Source of the DNA: an uncultured Nitrososphaeraceae archaeon
Lineage (GTDB): Archaea > Thermoproteota > Nitrososphaeria > Nitrososphaerales > Nitrososphaeraceae
Assembly (NCBI GenBank): GCA_963765895.1
Contig: CAVXZB010000038.1
Location: forward strand, 32,001-96,000
DNA length: 64,000 bases
Direction of reading: 5' to 3'
Position 1 is the stretch's first letter. The number at the start of each line of letters is the position of its first letter. Under the pieces are notes generated by a model. It had not been told where the DNA came from, did not search any database, and was given only the letters and a program-made list of their open reading frames with translations. Of this stretch, positions 46,933-59,296 are shown one piece after another. The translations under genes and the position numbers were made by a program.

Positions 46933-47729
46933 AAAATGCAGTAACTTTATATCTTGTACAAGTGTTAATTGCTAAAGTGTCTTATTACGCCAAGCACTCG
47001 AGTAAAAGTAATAATAATTGAAAAATAATCAAATTATATTTGCATGGTTGTCTTTTCAGTCATAAACATTAATTGCGCATGCCAATGATATTGCTTCTGG
47101 CATTGACTATTTTAACCCGTGATACAGGTCTGGTATTCCAATCACTATTCTGCGGTAATTAGGTATCAGTTTCAAAAATTATCCACGAATTTTCTGATAC
47201 TATGAGATATCAAATTACCCTATTCAACAGGCATTATTCAATGTAAATGATATTTTGTTGATATGTAATGCTGATATGATATTGTTCGTAGATATAAGGC
47301 TCAAGGTTTCATCGACGTACAAATTTTGGTACTTTCAAGGCATAGTGAAACAGCATTGATAGTTCACCGCTATCTACTCATTTACGCTCATTGCGATTAT
47401 AAGGGATCCGACACAATTTGGAGGCCCAAGATAGGATCAAGTTATTAATATTGGAAATATCAACAAGTCGTTGGTCGGGGTTCGGTGGGATTCTGTCCCC
47501 GCATGTATAGGGGATTCGATTCTTTTGATTATTTAGCTTTTTCTTTTAAAGCCAAGAAAAACAGAACGGTATAATGTAAGCAAAAATTATTTAATTTAAG
47601 ACATATTGTCATTCTTTGGAAAGACTAGTCAACAACAGCTACAGAACTGTATAAATAGATAGCATAGATACTCATGATATATAATTCGAAACAAACAGAT
47701 ACGACAACCAAGACAACTATACTTTAATT

Positions 47730-48582
47730 ATGAATACTACGAAGAGCACAAATGAAAAGGCTTTCAACTTTGTAAAAATTTTCGAACCTCCTCGAAAGCC
47801 AAGACATGATGGAATAATAGAGATAAGGGGTCCTTATTACAGTGCCGTTACTATCACATATCTTCAAGATTTATTGGATATGTGGGGAGATTATATCGAT
47901 GGTTTCAAGTTTGCCGGCGGTTCTCAAAGGCTCCTATCTATTGAAATACTGAAAAAGATTATCGACATCTGCCATAAGTATGATGTTTATATTTCGACTG
48001 GCGGTTTTATAGAAAGAGTAATAGTACAAGGCTCTGGGGCAGTTGACAGGTATTTGGAAGAATGTAAATCATTAGGTTTTGATGTAGTTGAAGTTTCAAG
48101 TGGTCTTGCACCAATCCCATTAAGAGATAAAGTGGAAATAGTAAAGCAGGTAAAGAAAATGGGTATGAAGCCCAAGCCTGAAGTATCAATGATGTATGGT
48201 GCTGGAGCTGGGACACATATTTCAGGATATAAAACAAAGTTGAAGACACTCGAACGATCTCTTGGATGAAATAGATATGCATCAGAGCGCTGGTGCTGAA
48301 ATTATGATGATTGAGTCTGAAGGGATAACGGAGGATTTGCCCCCAGAAGAATGGAGGATAGATGTTATCACTGAGCTGAATAAAAAATTTGGTTTTAATT
48401 GGTTTATGTTTGAAGCTTCAGATCCACCTGTGTTTAAATGGTATCTTAAGCAATTTGGACCTAGCGTGAATTTGTTTATAAATCATTCCCAAATAGTTGA
48501 ATTTACTGCTTGGAAGACTCAGTTATGGGGAGACATAGACATTTGGAAAGATAAGACTCTATCATACAAAACACTTGAGTAA
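47730..48582 (+). pseudogene. comA: Phosphosulfolactate synthase (ComA/HSA32) family, frameshifted
   Basis: KPR..GIIEIRGPYY, YIDGFKFAGGS, STGGFIE, LGFDVVEVSSG, KPKPEV / AGAEIMMIESEGITE, MFEASDP.VF.WY; shift near 48262. Confidence 0.88.
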
Positions 48583-48840
48583 ATAAGTGGCTATAAACAG
48601 ACTGCATTACTTTAGATTATTTACATAAATATTGCAGTATATGTCTAATGCTAATAATAGAGATATCTTCATATTCCTTTTTTGGATAAGTCTCCCTTTG
48701 CAAACATTGTCTTTAGAATCTTAAGGCCTCGCAAATCTAAACACACTAAATGGACATGTAATCTGTAATGAGGTGGATTCCTGAGCGACAATCCTTGCTT
48801 GATAAATAAAATATGCGATGATGTACAATAATATGAAAAT

Positions 48841-49889
48841 ATGGCATCAAGAACAGGTCAAGAAATTCGTCTCAAGCAATATCCTAAAGGAACGCCTACT
48901 GAAGACATATTTGAGCTAGCTAAAGTAGATGTTCCAGAACCAAAGGAAGGAGAATTCTTAATACGCAATATATGGATGTCTGTAGACCCATATATGCGTG
49001 GACGGATGAGAAGTCCTCAAGAAACTAAGAGTTACATCTCGTCATTTCAACTAAATAAACCTCTTGATGGTGCATGTGTAGGTCAGATTATAGAATCTAA
49101 GAATAAAGATTTTACAGTAGGAGAATATGTTCTTGGGAGCTGTGGTTGGAGGGAAAATTGGCTTTCAAATGGTAGTGATATTTTGAAAATTAATTCAAAA
49201 ATTGCGCCAATACAGTCGTTTTTAGGCGTATTAGGTATGACCGGCCTTACTGCATATGTAGGACTTTTCAAAATAGGGAAATTAAAAGAAGGCAAGGATA
49301 CAGTGTTTGTTTCAGCTGCATCAGGAGCAGTAGGATCTGTTGTAGCCCAGATAGCAAAGATAAAAGGCTGTCATGTAGTAGGAAGTGCAGGTTCTGAAGA
49401 AAAGGTAGAGTGTTAGTAGATCAGGCCAAGTTAGATCATGCTTTTAACTATAAAAACATAGGCGAAAATAATAACCTCTCTTCTGAGCTAAAAAAGGCCT
49501 GTGCAGAAGGAATTGATCTCTATTTTGATAACGTCGGTGGAAAACATCTAGAAGCAGCAATAGATAATATGAAGACATTTGGAAGAATTGTGCTTTGTGG
49601 TATGATATCACAATATAATGCTGTTGCGCCTTATGCTTTACCAAACTTATTTCTGGCCATAACAAACAGACTTAGATTGCATGGATCTATCGTAAGAGAT
49701 CATTACGATATGCTAAATGAGTTTCATTCTTCGATGATTAAATGGATTAATGAAGGAAAAATTAAGTGGAAGGAAACAATTGTTGAAGGATTAGAAAATG
49801 CACCTAATGCATTTATTGGCTTATTTAATGGGGAAAACTTTGGCAAGATGCTGGTAAAAATTGGAACTGAGGCAGAAGTAGAGATTTAA
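48841..49889 (+). pseudogene. NADP-dependent oxidoreductase (PGR/LTB4DH/CurA-like MDR), frameshifted
   Basis: MSVDPYMRGRM, LGMTGLTAY.GL, VSAASGAVGS / GIDLYFDNVGG, GRIVLCGMISQYN, GENFGKMLV; shift near 49412. Confidence 0.9.
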
Positions 49890-50507
49890 TCCGAAAATGA
49901 TTTCGTGAACTGATTATTTGCGGGGAAGCCAATTATCTATGTTGTCATCTTAGATTCCTATTTTATGTCTAATACATTTCCACCTTTTAGGTATTAGCAT
50001 TGCATAGTAATCTATCTATAAAATGTAGCGTTGGCGCGCGCCTTATGATAGATTTGCACACAACCTCATCTATATCAATACTATGATGCTAGGCTGAAGA
50101 TGGTATAAAATGAAGAATAAAAATAAAATGCAGAACAATACAAAATAAGATCACCCAAATTTTTGGCGAATCTCAACGGATGAATACATAATGTTTCCAA
50201 AGGAATTTAATCAAAAGTTATCAGGCAACAATGCATTGCTTGCATAGAATTTTGTTTCATTTTATCCTATCCGATCATATGAAGAGACTAATCAAATATC
50301 ATCGATACATATTAAGGGTCATAAAATAGCAATTGAAATGAATAAAGTATAGGAGTAATTGGCTACGTTATGATACTTTTAGAAAAATTGAGAATATCCT
50401 TAAATCCTTTAACGATATCTTATTTCAGCATCAAATAGATTAACGGTCGTATCAATAGGTCTGTTGTTATCACTTAAATTACAATAAACAATTAGATTAC
50501 TATCTTC

Positions 50508-50720
50508 TTATTTCCATTCCCAGCCTATAGTCATACCATTTCCTGCTTTATCTATTTGGTCTTTGAATATCACTACCAAACCCCTAACAATGCTCAGTTT
50601 ACCGTTTGGGGTTGTAGGGAAAAAATACAGCACCATTGTCCTTTGTTGATCCATTAGTATTTTCATGTCCTAGAGAGTAAAAATTGTATGTTCCTTTTAC
50701 CCATCAGTTGAAGTCATAGC
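50508..50720 (-). pseudogene. C-terminal remnant of an exported hypothetical protein
   Basis: Hand translation ...GSTKDNGAVF / GKLSIVRGLVVIFKDQIDKAGNGMTIGWEWK*; interrupted upstream. Confidence 0.45.
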
Positions 50721-51023
50721 TGCATGTTCTCTGTTCTAGGCGTCTTCAAGGACATTAAGAGGGAACTACATCCAAGTTTTTGTGAGTTGGTGGAAGCGTT
50801 CTATTCAAGTAGAATGACGAAAGTGAAAAGGCATGATGGACGGGGCAGCTGATCAGCGACAGCAGCGGAAGCAACGAAAAGGTAATTCTGTATACTAGCG
50901 CGTTATCGTAGCACAGGACATACTACATCAGCACTAATATCGTAAAATATTCTTAAACTTTCAAGATCGCTATGTCGGAACTGATAAAATAGTAATTCTA
51001 AATATACAAGGTGACGATATATA

Positions 51024-51512
51024 TTGAGCCTGTTGTACAAAGGCAAGCTGTTGCGTAAAAACATCAATATTTCCCTAGTTGGATTCGCCTTATTTTCCAG
51101 CATTTTCGGGATTTTGGTAACAACGTCATCAACATTTGTCCAAACATCGGATGCCGCAATGTATAAAGTAACAGGAGGAGGAAGCCTTAATGTTATTCTA
51201 CAACCCTCTCCGTTTCCAGTTATAAAAGGATCACAAACAAATCTCAAAGTTAGTTTTGACCAAAAAGGAAGTAGTGCGGCACAGGCCCACGTCGATTACG
51301 ATCTCACAATTATTAAGGATGGCAAACAAGTTTTTCAGTTATCATCGCAAGCAGGATATCCAAACCAACCACTACATACTGCTGAAGGTATAGTTACCAT
51401 ACCTTATACCTTTCAACAAACAGGACCTTACGTTATTAACATTACTGTATATGGGTTTCTCTTCAATCCGATAAAACCTGAAACTACACAATTTACGATA
51501 AGTGCAAATTAG
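51024..51512 (+). CDS. Exported beta-sandwich protein, possibly copper-associated
   Basis: N-terminal signal/TM; HVDYDLTI.KDGKQVF, PLHTAEGIVTIPYTF, GFLFNPIKPET; upstream of the multicopper oxidase. Confidence 0.75.
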   Translation: MSLLYKGKLLRKNINISLVGFALFSSIFGILVTTSSTFVQTSDAAMYKVTGGGSLNVILQPSPFPVIKGSQTNLKVSFDQKGSSAAQAHVDYDLTIIKDGKQVFQLSSQAGYPNQPLHTAEGIVTIPYTFQQTGPYVINITVYGFLFNPIKPETTQFTISAN

Positions 51513-52072
51513 TTGGCGTTATTATACCGATCTTGTCTACATCCTTGTAGGTTCTGCTTAACGGATTCTCTCTATTCGTAGTGCTTGATGGTTACTTGTT
51601 CTTGTTTCAAGTCAATCTAGAGTATCTCCTTTGAATCCTGGGAATATTCGGCGCCTTTAAAATTTGATGATGCGCCATGCAATGAACTCCTATTGCTCCA
51701 ATAAAAAGAGGTTCTTTGATGAAGTAAAGAAATGGATAAAGATTTTCGAATTAATAATTTTAACCAATCTATTACATAGTCCTCCTACATTAACGCATAC
51801 ATTCCTCTTATTGCAACCTGAGTATGCCCGCTGTACAAATAAACCTTATGTCGGACATGCAATTAATATCCAGGATATTGGATACAGAAAGGATTTTAGC
51901 ATATGTTGTGACCTTGATGGTCGTAGGACAGTTATCATATCCGATGTCCATTATATTGTTATCACATCTGATTATAAGGCAATTGTTACAAACGCTACCA
52001 ACCTCCATTAACCGTAGATTTTTGTTACCAGAAAGGTTAAGAATGAGTATTACCCTCTCTGAAAGAGGTAAT

Positions 52073-53555
52073 ATGAAAGAAGAACGCAATCTATCTTTAG
52101 GTTCATTTTTATCATTGGCTATTTTTGCAGGCCTACTTATATCTAGTATCGGTACCACCTCCTTCCTCGTCCAAAAGCAGGCATTTGGACAAGGTTTTAT
52201 AAAAAACCAACCTCAATCTACGCCTTTCCCTGGAATGAATTTTTCAAAGCCCAAAGATGTATGGAGTAAAAACGGCGTTTTGAAAACTACCATCACAGCA
52301 GATTATCAAGTGGGGAAGGTTGACAACAAGACAATCACTGCTATGGTTTATAATGGTTCTCTTCCAGGGCCTACCTTGCATGTCTATCCCGGAGATAGAC
52401 TGGAAATTAATTTGATAAATAATCTCAATGAGCCTACCAATGTCCATTTTCATGGATTTCATGTGTCTCCCGCAAATAATTCGGATAATATATTTCTGGA
52501 AGTTGCTCCTGGTAAGACACAGCATTATACTGTCTATATTCCAAAAGATCATCCTTGAGGTACTGACTGGTATCATCCACATTTACATGGGCTTACGTAT
52601 GCCCAAGTTTCGGCAGGTATGTCTGGGCTGCTTATTGTCGAAGGGTTACAAAAGTTATTGCCAAAGCCGTTACAGAATATCACAACACAGAACTTTGCCA
52701 TCAGAGATTTTCCATTTGACCCTTTATTCCAAACTACACGTAATATGAGTAATACACTTACAGGTCACGAAAGACTAACCGTTAACGGAGGAATCAACCC
52801 ACAGGTCAACATTAAATCCGGAGAGACTCAGTTATGGCGTATAGCAAACATCGGTTCTGAGAACTACGTCTCAGTCGGACTCACTGGCCACAAATTCCAT
52901 ATTATAGCAGAAGATGGATATCCGGTTTGGAAAGTACGGGAAAATAATACTCTTTTTCTTCCTTCTGGAAAGCGGTTTGATGTATTAGTAACTGGGACAG
53001 GTAACGGATCTTTTCCATTAAGCGTTGTTAACGACGCATTTAATGATCATCCGTTGGGTACGGTCCTTGCGACTGCACACGTACAAGGTAACCAAAAAGA
53101 TGTGAATATTATTCCAACAACTTTACGGACATTTTCCAGCGAGCAGAAAGACTTGAGTAATGCGACCATTGCTGCCTCACAGAGTCCTTTATTGGCAATC
53201 AGACGACAGAAACTGGATATACACGATAAATAACAGGACGTTTGATCCTAACAGATTAGATTATAAAGTAAAGCTTGGAACTGTAGAGGAGTGGAAGCGA
53301 ATAGGCCATGACCCCAAGGTATCCGGCAATTTTCATCCATTCCACATTCATACGAATCACTTTCAGGTAATGTCAGTTAATGGAAAACCATATAACGCTC
53401 ACGGATACCAAGATACAGTTATGATTCCAACTGCTCCAGGTAGTGTGGTTATTAGAATACCATTTAATGATTATGTGGGAAAATCCGTCTTTCACTGCCA
53501 TCTGCTCTTCCACGAGGACTATGGAATGATGGGTGACTTTGAGATCGTCAAATAG
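52073..53555 (+). pseudogene. Exported three-domain multicopper oxidase, interrupted by TGA (52556-52558) and a frameshift near 53190
   Basis: Signal peptide; TNVHFHG, HP*GTDWYHPHLHG, HPFHIHTNHF, HCHLLFHEDYGMM: all four Cu-binding motifs. Confidence 0.92.
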
Positions 53556-53566
53556 GTGAGATTGGC

Positions 53567-54083
53567 ATGTTGGAAAAGACAAATATTTCCCAAAAAGTCG
53601 CAGTCGTATCTTTGTTCATAGTTTCAAATCTTTGCCGCAGCCGGACTCACAACAGTGACCTTTCTTTCAGATTCAATTGTAGTAGCACAAAGCCTAGGAA
53701 ATGACCCACTTTCGAGTTGTGTCAAGACAGTTGGGGACGCGTTTGTGGGGAAGACAATTGGCGATAATCAAAATTGGACTAAAAGTACACAGAACTTCGT
53801 CTCCTTATTAATTACCGACAACACAGTAAAATTACTAAATGAAAATGTTGTTCATGATGGTTTTCCAGGAGATCCAGCAAAACCAATAACTGATATGGCC
53901 GGGATATGGGGTATGCTGAATAATGGAAATATGACTCAGTGGGACAGATTTCATTTGTTTCCGATGCAGGTTATTCATAACTTGGCATCCGCGCGACCAG
54001 AGTTTACCCAACTACAACAGATTATGCTAAGTAGATGCATCAGTGATAAGGTCAACACTTTAGGCCCTACTCCTGTGTATTAG
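53567..54083 (+). pseudogene. Exported hypothetical protein, signal peptide frameshifted
   Basis: ATG 53567 (MLEKTNISQKVAVVSLFIV) shifts into ORF 53655-54083; begins 11 nt after the MCO stop, so probably co-transcribed. Confidence 0.6.
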
Positions 54084-54291
54084 GCCCATCGCCTTTTTAG
54101 GAACGAAATCCCCTAATACTTCCTTTTCTTGTTTATTTTGAATTTTTTATACTTAGCTGGTCTACTACATATTACTATAATAAATAACAATCGATCCTGA
54201 CTGTGAATATTAGAGATGTGCTTATAAGAAAGAATGAGAGAAGCAGTGATCTAATTGAATGAGGGATTATTGATATTTTCTTGACATATGA

Positions 54292-54480
54292 CATATATAT
54301 TTAAGCAGTCAGAAAAATGTAATCGATGTATCAATACAGTCTAATGGAGCAGATTTGGTAGATAAAGCATTCAATACAAGTACTGTTAATGTTAAAGTAA
54401 GAGATACAGTAGTATGGACCAACAATGATCCTGTTATTCAGACAATAGTTGAAGGAAGTCATCGCTTCCTTCAACTATAA
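54292..54480 (+). pseudogene. Cupredoxin (plastocyanin/azurin-like) N-terminal remnant
   Basis: VSIQSNGADLVDKAFNTSTVNVKVRDTVVWTNNDPVIQTIVEG; the usual Cu-ligand His (ND...HTV) is Gln and the C-terminal ligand loop is absent. Confidence 0.7.
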
Positions 54481-54509
54481 TCTTAGGTCCAATTAATATG
54501 AAGGTGGTG

Positions 54510-54588
54510 TGTAAAAAATATGGATATTTCTCTAGTTGCATTCGTCTTATTTCTCAGCATTTTCGGGATTTTGGTAACAACGTCATTC
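54510..54588 (+). repeat. Dispersed copy of the signal-peptide coding segment of 51024-51512
   Basis: CAGCATTTTCGGGATTTTGGTAACAACGTCAT identical at 51098-51129 and 54555-54586, with about 45 bp of looser similarity upstream. Confidence 0.85.
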
Positions 54589-54862
54589 ATCAGTCATTAC
54601 AGTGAGGGGGCAGCTTGGCTCTGCTCCTTCTGATCTAATGGCTGGTACAGATGCTGTTGTATTAGCTAGTTCTGTTGTTGTATTAGCTAGTTCGTACTGT
54701 TTTATTGCCAACAACTGGTGTTGGTGGTGGTGGTGCTGGTGCACTACCAGGTACAAGTTGTGCCATGGCGAGGTTTTGTTGTAACGGCAAGATATTAGGC
54801 AAAATCGCGAACAGTACCGCTCCGATACTTAACACTATGCTAAAAGAAGATCCAGATTTCAT
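54587..54862 (-). pseudogene. Small secreted Pro/Thr-rich protein with ELANTT repeats, frameshifted
   Basis: MKSGSSFSIVLSIGAVLFAILPNILPLQQNLAMAQLVPGSAPAPPPTPVVGNKT / ELANTTTELANTTASVP; 18-bp repeat at 54655-54672 and 54676-54693. Confidence 0.5.
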
Positions 54863-54910
54863 CTCGTAACATAGAGAACGCGAATTATATAAAAGATTAT
54901 CACTGATAGG

Positions 54911-55490
54911 GGCTCTGTAGAAACCATGTATTGAACACCATTAGAGCTTTGTACGAGCATAATCCAGTATGGATGTTGAAAGAATCAAGATATGTTAGAT
55001 TGGCAAATACTACGTATCGTGTCTAAGAAGTTCAGGGATACTATTGTTTCTTCACAGAAAGAGCAATCATGTATTTATGATGTGGTAGCATTTGATATTG
55101 CTCACAATACAACAGTATGAAGGTAAGAGTTATAGAATGTTTGTCGAATGGCTGATTGAAGCCTATTACCTTAGATTATTTTAGGATTATAACGTATTCC
55201 TCATTTTACAACACTGCAAAAGTTTACAGATAGAATCAATAATGCGTTGCTTGAAAGATAATCTCCTCATTCATTGTAATAAGCGGTACCAAGCATATCA
55301 TTGTAGGAATAGATTCAACAGGATTCAAGATAACTCACGCTTCACAGTATTATGCTGAACGAACAGAAGCAAGAAGAAAACATGCAAATTATCTTTTGGA
55401 GCAGATGTATCGCAACAAATTATCTGTAACAGTAGGATAAGACGAGCTCTTAGCAAGACATGATAATATAGATTTTAGACCAGTTGATTG
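54911..55490 (+). mobile_element. Decayed IS5-family (DDE_Tnp_1-type) element, left end only
   Basis: Starts GGCTCTGTAGAAACC; fragments LHRKSNHVF, QYEGKSYRMFVEWL, IPHFTTLQKF, GIDSTGFKITHASQYY, RHDNIDFRP with many stops and shifts; no right TIR seen. Confidence 0.8.
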
Positions 55491-55676
55491 CGTTATCTGC
55501 GTTTATGCATGATGAATATAAAGAAAAACATTTAAAAACAAACGATGAGAAAACCATCTACAAAAAAATGCTGAATGACATACTAAATTATAACACATCA
55601 TGCAATTAATTACTAAACGATGCAATCTGAAATTAAGTATAAGCATGAAGAAAGATGACAAATTTTTTTTTTAAAT

Positions 55677-56299
55677 TTGGTTAAGCATGGTGTAAATTTG
55701 ATATTGGAGATAAATCTAGATAATAACAAAATTCTCAGACTTGTTGAAGGAGATATAACAGAAAGAAATGTTGATGTCATAGTAAATGCTGCAAATTCTT
55801 ACTTAAAACACGGCGGAGGAGTTGCAGACTGCCATCTAGGAAAAGGTGGAGCAGTTATTCAGGATGAAAGTGACATGATAATCACAGCTGGAGGTCTTGT
55901 TCCAGCTGGATCAGCCGTAATAACTACGGCTGGAAGGTTACCATGTAAAGCAATAATACACACAGTAGGTCCAAGAATGGGTGAAGGAAATGAAGATTAC
56001 AAGCTGAAGAAAAGCAGTTAGAAGTAGCCTTTTATTAGCATCCAGAAAAAGGCTTTACAAGTATTTCGATGCCAGCGATAAGTTCTGGGATATTTGGCTT
56101 TCCTAAGGACAGGTGTGCAAGTATACTTGTTGAAGAATCTAAAACGTTTCTTGAAGGATAATATAATAATAATAACACACAAAACAGCAACATCAGCAAT
56201 ACCAACACACAATCAAAATTGCACATTATAGAATTTTGCATATTTGATAATGAAACTGCAGTCCACTTTGAAAAAGAACTTGCCAATATCAAGAATTAA
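55677..56299 (+). pseudogene. Macro-domain (O-acetyl-ADP-ribose deacetylase-like) protein, frameshifted
   Basis: VEGDITE..VDVIVNAANSYLKHGGGVA, IIHTVGP / SISMPAISSGIFGFPKD. Confidence 0.9.
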
Positions 56300-56345
56300 A
56301 TGCATATGTATTTACAAGCAATATTGTTTAAGTAGAAAACATATT

Positions 56346-58318
56346 ATGAATAACGGCTACAATAAGAAAGAACAACAACTACAGGCACAAAGACAGTATC
56401 CTTTTGAGAGATTTGCTTCAGTTAGAAGTTATACGGGTTTTGACTTTCTTAAGAAGATCCATCATGGCTATTATATATTGCCGATACAAATGGACAATTT
56501 AACGTATGGAGACAACGCTCTAACTTAAGTTCTGATGGTGAGCGATATGCATCTTATCAGACTAACTAATTTTATTGACGACACAGTTACGGCATATTTT
56601 TCCTTCTCCTGTAGACAATAGCATTATTTTCTTTGCAGACCATCAGGGAACAGAAAACTTTCAAATTTACAAGATTAAAGATGCATTTTCCTCTTGGCCA
56701 GAACCAATAACTCAGAATTTAAAAGTAAGGCATGAATGGGGAACTGAATGTTTTAGTCATAATGGCAAATACATTGCATATGGATTAAATGAAGATAATC
56801 CGTCAAACATGCTTGTGTATATAAAGGATATTACTAATGTTGACAGTAGCAAAATTTGTATTACCGACAATATAGAAGGTTGGTATATACCTGGATATTG
56901 GTCTCCAGATAACAAAAAACTAAATTGTTCTCAAGCTACTAGTTACCTTTACTGATTATGTAATTTGGCTTCTTTACATAGAAACTAGTGAGATGGTAAA
57001 GGTCATACCATCAGAGGATAAAATGCAGAAAGGCCGGTTTACTGTAGGACCATGGTCTCCAGACGGAAAAGGCTTCTATGTAATATCTGATTTAGAAAGA
57101 GAATTTGCAAATTTAGCATTTTACGATATTGATAAATCAAAACTTGAGTGGATATTAACACCGCGGTATGATATAGAATTAGTTGATTTAGTTCAGATGG
57201 TACATTACTGGCCTGGACTGAAAATATAGACGGATACAGTAGAATATTTATTAAAAATTTAGGCAATGGACAAACTGAAGAAATTACAAATTTATCATCA
57301 AATGGAGTTATAGAGGATTTAAAACTATCGCCAGATGGAAATAGAATTGGTATTATGATGACAACTCCAACCTCTCCATCTGATATATACGTTATAGATA
57401 TTAATATGAACAATAAAAAAGAAGAATACAAAACAAAAAAAGAAAAAGTAGTGTTCAAAAGCTCAGTCATTCATTTTTAGCAAATATACCAGAGAATATA
57501 TTGATAAGGCCAGAATTAATTAAATACAAGAGTTTTGATGGACTTGAGATTTCAGCATTTTCTGTACAAGCCAAAGGAAGAACGACACAGGGTTGTAGAC
57601 AATAAAGCTACAAAATTTGGGGCTATACTATCAATTCATGGTGGTCCTAGTGCGCAGGAAAGGCCATCGTATGATTATTCTGGACTTTATCAATATTTTT
57701 TAAATAATCGGTTAGTAGTTATTACCCCTAATTTCCGCGGCAGCACTGGTTACGGCAAAAGCTTTGAGAAAAAAATATACCATGACTGCGGTGGAGATGA
57801 ACTACATAGATTTAGAATATGCAATAAAATGGTTGAAATCACAAGATTGGATTGATGCTAATAGACTAGGCGTATTTGGTGCTAGTTTTGGGGGTTTTGC
57901 AACATTAAGTTGCATAACTAGATTACCACAATATAACTGGAATGGAGCGGTAGACATAGTAGGTCCAAGTAATCTTGTGACTTTTGCCAAAGCAGTACCA
58001 GAACACTGGAAACGATTTATGGGAGAATTAGTTGGAGATCCTGAGAAGGAAGAACATTTCCTCAAAGAAAGATCTCCTATTACATATGTAGACCTGATCA
58101 GTCCAACAACCAGTCTACTTGTAATACAAGGAGCTGAATGATCGAAGAGTAGTGAAAAATGAATCTGATCAAAATAGTTGAAAGATTAAAGGGCAAAAAT
58201 ATGGATATAGAATATATGGTTTTTGAAAGATGAAGGACACGGCTTTACCAAATATAGCAACCTTGTAAAGGCTCTGAAGAGATCTGCAGAATTCCTGGTA
58301 AATAAATTATCTATCTAA
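56346..58318 (+). pseudogene. S9 family peptidase (acylaminoacyl/prolyl oligopeptidase-like), multiply frameshifted
   Basis: Beta-propeller WSPD repeats; IHGGP.AQ, PNFRGSTGYGK, nucleophile GASFGG, VIQGA.D.RV, DEGHGF; at least 6 breaks. Confidence 0.9.
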
Positions 58319-58494
58319 TAATATTAACAAGTAGATAGGGTGGAAAACCTGTTGTGTACTTTGATTGTATTATTAATTAATGCTAGAGTATCAGATGAGG
58401 AGAAGGAGAAGGAAAGAATAAACAAACAAATAAAGGATGCAGCTGGGTTTGTTTACCAACAGATAGATTAATAAAAAAATGACCAAAGGAGATA

Positions 58495-58785
58495 ATGATA
58501 ATACATTTGGATAAATCCATATCACAAAAAGAAGCATGGGAGATTATCAAACCTGTTTGTAGGGAATTATATGATCTAGCAAAAGCAGGAAACATACAAT
58601 TTGCATCAGGAATTTATAACGAGAGTAATGGAACATACAAAATTAATTTAAAATGCAGTCGCATACATTTAGCATCAAGAGGCTTTAAAGATAGCATTGG
58701 AGATATAGAGTACGAAGAAGGAAATATTAGAATTGGTCTGAGAGCAAATGGTATTCCTGCAAATCTGTTTATCGAACTGATTTAA
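58495..58785 (+). CDS. Hypothetical protein
   Basis: 96-aa clean ORF with GGAG upstream; IHLASRGFKDSIGDIEY. Confidence 0.7.
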   Translation: MIIHLDKSISQKEAWEIIKPVCRELYDLAKAGNIQFASGIYNESNGTYKINLKCSRIHLASRGFKDSIGDIEYEEGNIRIGLRANGIPANLFIELI

Positions 58786-59050
58786 CATTAATGGACGATA
58801 TCTTGGCAGTTTGGTAGTGTGGATGGGTAATAGAGGCCTATATTGTGCCTTGGATTATTTTTGATGTCAAATAATAATAGATGTATCTATCAGCTTGAAC
58901 TAGCGCATGAATACTATAACTTCCGTGGAATTCTCATACTACTCTTCATATTAGACAGAATATTGGTTGTCCAGTAATAGACTGCTAACTAGGCATGTTT
59001 ATATTTCCAGTAGATATTTAGGCATCTAATTTCGTTATTCGGAACTACCG

Positions 59051-59239
59051 ATATATGGTTGGAATGCTTTTGTAGGCTTTATCCCTTCCAAACAAATAGG
59101 TATTGTAGCCTTATGTAGTTGTGACCCTACTGATGCTGATATGAGTAGCCTTGGTTTTGTATTACTACATCTAACAGGGGCAGAGAATCTGACTGCAAAG
59201 ACTGAGAGTCAAATTCATACATACAACCGCAGGTCTTAG
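59051..59239 (+). pseudogene. C-terminal remnant of a serine hydrolase (beta-lactamase-like)
   Basis: GWNAFVGFIPSKQIGIVALCSCD matches the G....F.GF.P.K.IG.V.L strand of class C beta-lactamase-like proteins. Confidence 0.55.
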
Positions 59240-59296
59240 TTAGAAAAGTCCAACGATATTCGTGTGATATAATTACCCTATTTGTAATGGATCAGG

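Noticed and set aside
47468-47522. GC-rich patch with GGTCGGGGTTCG and a GTGGGGA/TCCCCGC hairpin upstream of comA
   Set aside because: Single short stem; no tRNA or riboswitch consensus recognisable by eye
51824-52072. Long N-terminal extension of the multicopper oxidase ORF and overlapping ORFs 51664-52011 and 51808-52158
   Set aside because: The signal peptide begins at ATG 52073 (or 52043); the upstream sequence is not protein-like
54602-54784. ORF containing WCWWWWCWC
   Set aside because: Antisense reading of the Pro-rich APAPPPTP segment of the minus-strand gene
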